Part shown: one piece after another, positions 8,793 through 16,612 of the stretch
Numbering within the stretch: the stretch's first letter is position 1
How the letters are laid out: the number at the start of each line of letters is the position of its first letter
Assembly (NCBI GenBank): GCA_021734065.1
Contig: JAIPJQ010000002.1
Location: 2,136-66,135 of the forward strand
Source of the DNA: Fidelibacterota bacterium
GTDB taxonomy: Bacteria > Fidelibacterota > UBA8477
Length of the DNA: 64,000 bases
Reading direction: 5' to 3'
Made by a program: the position numbers and the translations under genes
The notes under the pieces: generated by a model
Told to the model about the DNA's origin: nothing
What the model saw: the letters and a program-made list of their open reading frames with translations, nothing else
The model's database searches: none

Positions 8793-9815
8793 TTATTCCC
8801 CCATGAATGATTTTTCGATTCCAAGAATGATCCGCAAACTGGTGCCGATCATTCCCAACGCAATCCCAATCATGATCGCCCTTGCACCGGCGATATTGGG
8901 CACAGTATAAATCCACTCCTGCAGTACCGGCAGAAAGAGAAATCCCGGCTTGTCCACCGGCCAACCCGTCAGCGCGCCGGCAACAGTGACAATCAGAACA
9001 CCCGCGCCGACTACCGCGAAGGTGGTCATCTTGTTTTGCCACACGATGTTGGCACCAACACCAGCCGCCAGCACGATGAGATAGGCAATGAACCAGGCTG
9101 AGATATTGGAGCCGATAGGTACGCGTCCCAGCATGATAATGATTCCGGACAATAGCAGAAGTGTTGCTTCAAAATTCCGGATACGAAATGCGCGGTATGA
9201 TGCTGAAGCCACAAAAAATGCCAGCAACGCAAACATGGTGGCCGACATGGGTGTAAACAGGTATTTGAATAACCAATTAAATACGGTTCCCTCCGCTAGT
9301 AAGTGCTCACCCCAGGATTTTTCGCGCAGTTCAACCTGAACACCGGCTGCTTTCAACTTGCTGGCATACTCCTCCGCTCCCTTGGCGCTGATGAAAATGT
9401 GGCGCACATCGTAGGTATCACTGATTTCCAGCATGGGTGTGACTTGATCAATGGTCAACTGCTCCATCTCCGCCACCACCGGCGCGACCTGTTGGATATT
9501 GGCGCTTACATCCTGAATATGGACATAATTGGCGCCCTTCCAGAAAAAGCCGGCAGTGATTGCGAAGAAAAATCCCACCACCGCCAGAATGCTGTACTGC
9601 CAATCCTTCTTCTGCCTGATGATTTTGGTCATTTGCAGTTTTAATAAATTCAGTGCACCCAAAATAATGGCAAAGCTGGCGATAATGTCAAACCACTGGG
9701 TGGCGTCATCATTCACAAACCCCTCAAAGGTCGGTGAATCCACAAACCAGCCATACAGGGTGAGTATGCCTGTGATAAAAACAATCGCGATGGGAACTTG
9801 TCGTTTCCAGAACAT
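8793..9815 (-). CDS. Uncharacterised polytopic membrane protein (GlmL-like cassette) with a soluble loop insert
   Basis: About 8 TM segments, with motifs MFALLAFFVASASYRAFRIRN and RAIMIGIALG...LRIILGIE. Start at ATG 9815 with AGGAGG RBS. Confidence 0.85.
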   Translation of the reverse strand: MFWKRQVPIAIVFITGILTLYGWFVDSPTFEGFVNDDATQWFDIIASFAIILGALNLLKLQMTKIIRQKKDWQYSILAVVGFFFAITAGFFWKGANYVHIQDVSANIQQVAPVVAEMEQLTIDQVTPMLEISDTYDVRHIFISAKGAEEYASKLKAAGVQVELREKSWGEHLLAEGTVFNWLFKYLFTPMSATMFALLAFFVASASYRAFRIRNFEATLLLLSGIIIMLGRVPIGSNISAWFIAYLIVLAAGVGANIVWQNKMTTFAVVGAGVLIVTVAGALTGWPVDKPGFLFLPVLQEWIYTVPNIAGARAIMIGIALGMIGTSLRIILGIEKSFMGE

Positions 9816-9823
9816 AACGCCTC

Positions 9824-10690
9824 CTACTCCACCCTTAGCCATTCTTTAAAATCAATGTCAATCCAGCCCAGATCGTGGACACCATTCAGAATAAAAACTA
9901 GCAAAATGGCAATCATGACGATGAATTTGCCCATGTCCTGCCCCTTCACGCTCCCCAACAAAGCCGGCTTTTGCGACAGGTAGGCAGATGCTGTTAAAAA
10001 TTCCTCACCGATCAGCGTGTAATCACAGGCCGTCACGAAAAATGGTATCTGGGAAGGTGATGCAGTCCCCGCAATCTGGATCGCACCAATGCTGTTTCCG
10101 GTCTCCGCCAGGATCAGTGACTCCGCATAAAATTTCCCCTGATAAAAACAGGCCGCCGGCTTCTCTCGCAACATGATGCCGTCCACACCGGCGGCATAGG
10201 CGAACTGCTCATCTGTGAGGTAATGAACCATATCGTCATTAAACAGGTCGGGCCGGCCCACCGACAGGTAGGATTCCTTCACAATTTCACGACCCGCTTC
10301 CATCACGATGGATCTGGACACCGGAACATTGAGATTGGTCTCATAGGTAGCGGTCATTTTGGCCACATGTCCCAGAATAATGACACCGGCGACGGTTTCC
10401 ACCTGATCCATATCCATAATACCCGGGACATACAGTACCGGCTTGCCCATTTCGGTCGCCCGACCGACGGCTTCATCAAAAGCTTTCAATCCCGGAATGA
10501 TTCTCAGATAGATTTTTTCACCACTATTGGCCCGGGCGATGTAATACAGAATGGTAATGGATAACGCCATGACGCACACGAACATGGTCAGCCGGTTACC
10601 ATTAAAATAGGGATGCCCAAACGCGTAATAGATAATGAACAGTACCGCGAAGATTCCGGCACCCATTAAGATTGCTTTTCCTGATTTCAT
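9824..10690 (-). CDS. DUF6754-like membrane protein (GlmL-like cassette)
   Basis: Motifs IPGLKAFDEAVGRATEMGKPVLY, QFAYAAG, AESLILAETG and PFFVTACDYTLIGEE match DUF6754 as recalled; needs HMM confirmation. Start at ATG 10690 with GGAGG RBS. Confidence 0.75.
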   Translation of the reverse strand: MKSGKAILMGAGIFAVLFIIYYAFGHPYFNGNRLTMFVCVMALSITILYYIARANSGEKIYLRIIPGLKAFDEAVGRATEMGKPVLYVPGIMDMDQVETVAGVIILGHVAKMTATYETNLNVPVSRSIVMEAGREIVKESYLSVGRPDLFNDDMVHYLTDEQFAYAAGVDGIMLREKPAACFYQGKFYAESLILAETGNSIGAIQIAGTASPSQIPFFVTACDYTLIGEEFLTASAYLSQKPALLGSVKGQDMGKFIVMIAILLVFILNGVHDLGWIDIDFKEWLRVE

Positions 10691-10765
10691 ACACCCTCCC
10701 ATTGGTCAGATCAGTTGATCCGGCAACAACAACCTCAATACCTGAAGCTGCTGCGGGTTAAATCA

Positions 10766-11122
10766 TTACCGAACTTGCGTTCCGGTGCTGGATGATTGAC
10801 GCTCCGGAGTTTTCGGAGTGCCCGTATCCTGGATCTTTTTTTTTTCTTCTTCAAGGCGCTCAATCTCTGCTACCAGCACTTCCACATTGTGGTAGTCTTC
10901 CAGCAGCTCGGTGAGCTCGTAGTAGGTTTCCGCCCGCACAAAGGCGGTGAGAATGGGGCCGAAAAAAACCATGGTCTGGCTGCCGATAAACGCAAGCGGT
11001 TTCATCATTTCCAATGCCAAAACGGCTGGTACGGTCATCCCCCGCATCACGATTTTCTCGGCGATCCGGGTTAAGATAGCCGGATCCGGCGCTTTTAATG
11101 GTTTTTCGTTAAATCCCAGCAT
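10766..11122 (-). CDS. Small conserved hypothetical protein (GlmL-like cassette)
   Basis: 118 aa, motif KIV..GMTVPAVLALE..KPL.FIGSQ...F..P. Lies 11 nt downstream of the preceding gene. Confidence 0.75.
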   Translation of the reverse strand: MLGFNEKPLKAPDPAILTRIAEKIVMRGMTVPAVLALEMMKPLAFIGSQTMVFFGPILTAFVRAETYYELTELLEDYHNVEVLVAEIERLEEEKKKIQDTGTPKTPERQSSSTGTQVR

Positions 11123-11133
11123 GTTGAAATTTT

Positions 11134-12261
11134 TCAGTCGGTTTCCACCATCTCCAAGTTAGCCCGTGGAACCGTTTTTACATCCCCATTTTCAAATTCA
11201 ATAACCGCCACACGCACCATGGTCTCCGATTCCATTTTCTGCAATTCCGGAGGCAACTCCTTCACATGCCCCAATTTTCCAAAATAGGGCGCCCGAATAA
11301 CGCGCACCAGCGAATCTTCCCCCATTCCGGCGGACATGTCATGCTGCTTTTCCGATTCGGCGGTTTCAGCCGGGAGTGTAATGACAATTTCCGGCCGAAT
11401 CACACCCGCCCGAATTTGCGTAGCGCCATTGAGTGAGGCAAAATGCCCATCATGAGATTTTAGCAGCTCAAAGGTGCGTCGCGCCATATTCACTTTCCCA
11501 AAACCCTCGGTGACCACCATTGTCGTGGCAAGATCTTCCGACCCGGTGATTGCCACACCCAATGTGTAGCCCAGGATTTCCTTCAGCTGATTATAGTCAA
11601 ATCCACCTGTAACGATGCCCGCTATACCAAGACTGACGGCCTTTCGGTAAGCCTCCAGGGAAACATAATTTCCACCCACAAGGATCTTTCCTTTGTACTC
11701 CGGCTTAATGTCATCCGGCTTCAACTCCTCTTTCCGGTCTGAAACCAGCAACTTCAGTTCACCGCGCGTCTCACCACCAATCCCAAAAATCCCCTGGATC
11801 AGGGCTGCTTTGGATTCAATAATAACACCCTCTTCCGGAAGCACTTCACGGACGACACCTGAAATGTACGCGTCCACCTCGACCGGGATGGGAGCCTCAC
11901 GAATTACCACCTGTCCGGTAGTACTGGAAATTTGCTCAATTGTACCATCGGTGGGCGAATCTACTTTGGACTTGAACAAGCCGAATATGCCGGCACTCTC
12001 AGCCAGCATCTCGCCCTGTTTGATCGTATCCCCGGCGGATTTTTTCATCATTTCAGGCACTTCGGACGCTTCAACGTTGAGCAAATTGGCAACATTGACC
12101 ATCTGCACATTTCCAGGCAGATTGGTGGAACACACAATGCTTTCCGGTTTGACCTCCACACCTTTCTCCACCGTAACCTTCCCCTTCAGGGGCAGGATTC
12201 GCGGCTTTCTTATCGTGGTGGCGTGTAAAACTTTTAATCCGGGCGTATACGCGTGTGCCAT
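11134..12261 (-). CDS. Uncharacterised soluble protein with barrel-sandwich-hybrid-like, swivel-like and C-terminal KOW/SH3-like segments
   Basis: GDTIKQGEMLAE...SPTDGTI (BSH-like), ILVGG...AGIVTGG (swivel-like) and VRVIRAPYFGKLGHV...VPRANLE (KOW-like). TAATG overlap with the glmL-like gene. Confidence 0.75.
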   Translation of the reverse strand: MAHAYTPGLKVLHATTIRKPRILPLKGKVTVEKGVEVKPESIVCSTNLPGNVQMVNVANLLNVEASEVPEMMKKSAGDTIKQGEMLAESAGIFGLFKSKVDSPTDGTIEQISSTTGQVVIREAPIPVEVDAYISGVVREVLPEEGVIIESKAALIQGIFGIGGETRGELKLLVSDRKEELKPDDIKPEYKGKILVGGNYVSLEAYRKAVSLGIAGIVTGGFDYNQLKEILGYTLGVAITGSEDLATTMVVTEGFGKVNMARRTFELLKSHDGHFASLNGATQIRAGVIRPEIVITLPAETAESEKQHDMSAGMGEDSLVRVIRAPYFGKLGHVKELPPELQKMESETMVRVAVIEFENGDVKTVPRANLEMVETD

Positions 12262-14105
12262 TATTCGCCCTCACTTTCCGGATATTCGTTCATGGCTGTG
12301 GACCACTGATTCAATTTCTTGATACGCTCATCATGATTTTCAGGTAGTGAAAAAGGTTGACGACCGCGGGTGTCGAAGATCAGCCCCACCACACCGCCGT
12401 ACAAGTCCATTTCAATAGGTGTTCCTTTCCCTTTACCAAGATCAAGGTGTTTGTCCGGGATTAATTCCGCTTTGGTGATCTCATGGGGCGCTTCAATGAC
12501 TTCCAGAGTGCCGGGTAAATACTCTTTCTCCACCGTTGCACCATCCGGCAGAGTGAGTTTGGCCACCAGCGCCGGTTTTCCGGCCTTCATCTTCCCCACC
12601 GGTGCGATGCAGGTTCCCAATCGAATCAAACAATCTTTCTCGAACACTTCCAGCGCTGCCTTTTCGGCACTCTCACGAATGTCTGGTTTGTCCACATTGG
12701 CCAGTACGCCAAGCTGAGGCATCATGAAAATGGAATCCACCGCCAGTTGGGTAATTCCCTCCGGCAAGAACGCGTCAATCATCATTTTGGCGGATTGAGA
12801 CCGTCTGGGTGCGTGGGACAAGACACCGCCGGAACCCACCAACAAGTCCAGCTCCATCATATCCACCAATGTTTCACCCGAGCCGGACTGTTCGAACGCA
12901 TCTGAGATGGTGCGCTCCGTCTGGATACCTTTCAGGCTCACAGCAAAGGATTTATGCTGAATGAAGCTGAGTCGTAATGCCTCCCGGGCCAGCGCCTGCT
13001 CAATTTTCAATTCCTCCAGCGACTGCGGGATGGTGGTGGGCCGAATCATCTTATTGGCGATTCGATTGGCCAATTCCTTCTCGTCAATATCAAAGGACAC
13101 CCAGCGAATCACATTCTCAATTGTTGCTTCAGCCAGAACATTGGTGATGGAATAACTCATCCCCAGATTGGCTGAAACGGTGCGGTTAAATGTCTTTTTA
13201 AATACGGAAAAAACATCCGTGGTAGCGCCGCCGATATCCACGCCCACAACAGAGATATTATCCCGTTTGGCGATCATCTCAATTAACGCACCCACCGCTC
13301 CGGGCGTGGGCATGATTGGAGCATCGGTCCAGGTCATGAGTTTTTTATACCCCGGTGCCTGGGCCATCACATGCTCCATAAACAGGTCGTGGATTTTATC
13401 ACGGGAAGGGGTGAGATTTTCACGCTCCAGAACCGGACGAATATTTTCCACCACCGTGAGATCGGTGATGTCTCCCAGTGTTTCACGGATATTGTCCTGG
13501 GCTTTGTTGTTCCCGGCATAGATCACCGGCAGTTTATAACTGCTTCCCAGACGCGGTTTGGGTTTGGCTGCTTTCAGAATTTCAGCCAATTCCACCACGT
13601 GGCTGATGGTACCACCGTCGATACCACCTGACAGTAAAATCATATCCGGACGCAATTGACGGATGCGCTCAATCTTCTGGTGCGGAAGGCGGCCATCATT
13701 GGACGCCAGCACATCCATCACAATGGACCCGGCCCCCAAAGCAGCCCGCTGAGCACTCTCTCCGGTCATGGATTTCACCACACCGGCGACCATCATTTGC
13801 AATCCACCACCGGCAGACGACGTTGAGACATAGACGTCCACACCTTTGGGTTTACCTGCGCTGTCCTTCTCCGGTCTCAGAATGGTATCACCGTCCAGAA
13901 TCAAGCGCCCGGAAAGCTCTTCCACCTCACGTACGGCATTCAGTACACCCCGGGTTACATCTTCAAAAGGAGCCTCCACGGTAGTCGGAGCCTCACCGCG
14001 AGCAGTGAGACGGTATCCTTCGTCGGTCATTTCGATTAGGATGGCTTTGGTTGTGGTGGAGCCACAATCCGTTGCCAGTATTGATTTTAGTGTTATCTCA
14101 GACAT
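12261..14105 (-). CDS. GlmL/MutL (glutamate mutase L)-like ASKHA-fold ATPase
   Basis: Phosphate-1 TDCGSTTTK, SSAGGGL, phosphate-2 VDIGGATTDVFS, MPTPGAV, RTVSANLGM and adenosine motif GSGGVLSH. Confidence 0.85.
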   Translation of the reverse strand: MSEITLKSILATDCGSTTTKAILIEMTDEGYRLTARGEAPTTVEAPFEDVTRGVLNAVREVEELSGRLILDGDTILRPEKDSAGKPKGVDVYVSTSSAGGGLQMMVAGVVKSMTGESAQRAALGAGSIVMDVLASNDGRLPHQKIERIRQLRPDMILLSGGIDGGTISHVVELAEILKAAKPKPRLGSSYKLPVIYAGNNKAQDNIRETLGDITDLTVVENIRPVLERENLTPSRDKIHDLFMEHVMAQAPGYKKLMTWTDAPIMPTPGAVGALIEMIAKRDNISVVGVDIGGATTDVFSVFKKTFNRTVSANLGMSYSITNVLAEATIENVIRWVSFDIDEKELANRIANKMIRPTTIPQSLEELKIEQALAREALRLSFIQHKSFAVSLKGIQTERTISDAFEQSGSGETLVDMMELDLLVGSGGVLSHAPRRSQSAKMMIDAFLPEGITQLAVDSIFMMPQLGVLANVDKPDIRESAEKAALEVFEKDCLIRLGTCIAPVGKMKAGKPALVAKLTLPDGATVEKEYLPGTLEVIEAPHEITKAELIPDKHLDLGKGKGTPIEMDLYGGVVGLIFDTRGRQPFSLPENHDERIKKLNQWSTAMNEYPESEGE

Positions 14106-14132
14106 AAAACATGAACCACCATTTCAAACACT

Positions 14133-15167
14133 TTATTGCTTCAACCGCGGGTCTAGTGCATCACGCAATCCTTCACCCACCAGATTATAGACCGTTACCG
14201 TAATAAAAATCGCCAAACCCGGAAATGTGGTGAGCCACCATCCGCTGGGCAACATGTCCCGGGCACTGGATAACAACGACCCCCAGGTAGCCTGCTCCGG
14301 TGGCGCTCCAAATCCCAAAAAGCTCAGTCCCGACTCGATTAATATCGCCGCTGCCACACCAAATGTTGCCGTTACCAGCACCGGTGTGAGAGTGTTGGGA
14401 AGGACATGCCGAAAAATCGTCCGGAAATCGCTAAATCCCAAAGCCTTTGCAGCGGTGACATAGTCCTCGTTCTTCACCTTGAGGAATTCACCACGGGTAA
14501 ACCGGGCCACGCCGGTCCAGCCGGTCAGTCCTAAAATAATCATAATATTCACGATGGATTGCGTCTGCACCACCGCCACGATGGTAATGATGAGAAACAT
14601 GCGCGGGAAGGTGATCATCACCTCAATTAAGCGTTGGATGATGACATCCACCCAGCCGCCATAAAAACCGGCCAGCGCCCCCAGTATCATGCCAATTATG
14701 ACATAGATTGTTACGGCCACAAATCCCACCAATAGCGAAACCCGTGAGCCGTGAATCAGCTGTGATAACACATCCCGACCCAGTTCATCTGTGCCACACA
14801 GGTGAGTGGAATTGGGTGGTGACAATTTTCGCTTCAAATCATAGTCGTTGGGTCCGAAGGGAATTACCGGCCAGACTGCCCAGTCCCCTTCTTCAAATTT
14901 ATTCGTCAACAACTTCCACTGCTGTGTTTTGAAATCATCCTGCCACTGCATCCCAAGCCATTCCACACCATACTCACGCAGGACCGGCGCGTAATAGTCA
15001 CCTTTATACTTCATAATCAAAGGTTTGTCGTTGGCCAGGAAGTCAGCGAAGATGAATATAAACAGGAGCACATAGATCACATGCAGACTGTATAGCGCCA
15101 GTTTGTTGCGGCTGAATTGACGCTTGACGATATCCAGGTAGGAACGGGATTTCTTCTGCTGTTTCAT
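14133..15167 (-). CDS. oppC: Peptide ABC transporter permease
   Basis: GTDELGRDV...GSRVSL, EAA loop DYVTAAKALG and ESGLSFLGFG. Confidence 0.93.
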   Translation of the reverse strand: MKQQKKSRSYLDIVKRQFSRNKLALYSLHVIYVLLFIFIFADFLANDKPLIMKYKGDYYAPVLREYGVEWLGMQWQDDFKTQQWKLLTNKFEEGDWAVWPVIPFGPNDYDLKRKLSPPNSTHLCGTDELGRDVLSQLIHGSRVSLLVGFVAVTIYVIIGMILGALAGFYGGWVDVIIQRLIEVMITFPRMFLIITIVAVVQTQSIVNIMIILGLTGWTGVARFTRGEFLKVKNEDYVTAAKALGFSDFRTIFRHVLPNTLTPVLVTATFGVAAAILIESGLSFLGFGAPPEQATWGSLLSSARDMLPSGWWLTTFPGLAIFITVTVYNLVGEGLRDALDPRLKQ

Positions 15168-16552
15168 TACCGGTTCCCCTCGAATGTGATGCGGGGATCC
15201 ACCAACGCATACAGGATATCAGATATTAAAATCCCTGCCAGGGTCAGAATTGCACTGAGAGTGGATACAGCCATAATGATGGGATAATCGCGATACAGGA
15301 CGGCATTGAATGCCAGCTGACCGATACCGGGAATGGAGAAAATGCTTTCAATAATGATGGACCCGGAAATAGCCAATGGCAACAGATTGGCCAGCATGGT
15401 GATGATGGGAATCAATGAATTACGCAGCGCGTGTTTATACACCACAATCTTTTCCGATAAGCCTTTCGCCCGGGCGGTACGAATATAGTCCTGACGGATC
15501 ACCTCCAGCATGGAACCCCGCATATACCGGGATAATGCTGAAAAACTACCGTATGTCCAAATGATCAGGGGCAGGATAATGTGGTGCAACATATCCAGCA
15601 GATATCCTCCGCGCCCCATGTGCTCTGAACCAACACTGTGGAGCCCGGAGACAGGAAACCAATCCAGAAAGTCGCCACCGCCAAAGAAGACGATGGCCAT
15701 GGTGGCTACCCAAAAGTTGGGGAGGGAGTATAAAATAAACAGAATCACAGTGGTGACCTTATCCCCCAGTGTGTACTGGTGTGTGGCGGAGTAAATTCCC
15801 AGCGGAATGGCTACCAGATAAGCAATAATGAACGAGGTGAGTGTGAAAATCAGCGAGACCGGCACAGTCTCTTTGAAATGCTCCCAGACCGGCCGGTTAT
15901 CCTTGATGGAATTTCCGAAATCAAGCCGGATCATGCGCCCCAGCCACCGTGGGTATTGGGCGTCCGTGAGTATCATGGTGATTTTTTTCAGCGTGGAAAA
16001 TTGGTAGTTGGATTCATCGCCCGGCTGGAATACACCACTGGAATCCGTCTCACCATAATACCACTTGTTCACATAACTTCTGGAGGCTGCCAGTGTCATT
16101 TCCGGTGTGATGGAAAGTTTCTGCTTCAGGGTCAACACTTCCAGAATCGCACGCTGTTCCACCTCCGTCAGATCCTGGTTGATGAGTTGGTCAACCAAAA
16201 ACGGTACCGCCACATCATCAGCCTGTTTCAGCGGCTCCAGCGCATCGTCCCATTCTCTGGAATTCTGGTCCGGATTGGTGACGAGAAACTGGCGCACATC
16301 ATCCCAATCCGATTCATACATGAATACCTTGAAATTCAAGAGAACCGGTTTGTCCAGTCCATAGATTTCGCGAGTCTGTTCCACCACCTGCTTGGCCAGA
16401 TTCTGGTCGGATGCCAACCCGGTCTGCTGGCTGCCCATCTTGAATGCCGTAGGATCGCCGGGCGCCATTTTAATGATGATAAAAATGATAATAGAGATGC
16501 CAAAAATGGTGGGGAAAATGAGCAGAATGCGTTTGAGGATGTAATTAATCAA
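15167..16552 (-). CDS. oppB: Peptide ABC transporter permease with a large periplasmic insertion
   Basis: YILKRILL...PGDP, DFGNS, DYIRTARAKGL, HALRNSLIP and RDYPIIM. 461 aa, longer than a typical OppB. TTG start. Confidence 0.92.
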   Translation of the reverse strand: MINYILKRILLIFPTIFGISIIIFIIIKMAPGDPTAFKMGSQQTGLASDQNLAKQVVEQTREIYGLDKPVLLNFKVFMYESDWDDVRQFLVTNPDQNSREWDDALEPLKQADDVAVPFLVDQLINQDLTEVEQRAILEVLTLKQKLSITPEMTLAASRSYVNKWYYGETDSSGVFQPGDESNYQFSTLKKITMILTDAQYPRWLGRMIRLDFGNSIKDNRPVWEHFKETVPVSLIFTLTSFIIAYLVAIPLGIYSATHQYTLGDKVTTVILFILYSLPNFWVATMAIVFFGGGDFLDWFPVSGLHSVGSEHMGRGGYLLDMLHHIILPLIIWTYGSFSALSRYMRGSMLEVIRQDYIRTARAKGLSEKIVVYKHALRNSLIPIITMLANLLPLAISGSIIIESIFSIPGIGQLAFNAVLYRDYPIIMAVSTLSAILTLAGILISDILYALVDPRITFEGNR

Positions 16553-16612
16553 GAGGGCATCCTCTCAAGCTGAAAAATTTTGATGTCATTGGCCGTTCGC
16601 GAAAAATCTTCA

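Noticed and set aside
12261-14105. Calling this locus glutamate mutase, or DNA mismatch-repair MutL
   Set aside because: There is no glmS/glmE or B12-binding motif nearby, and the motifs are ASKHA-type rather than GHKL-type.
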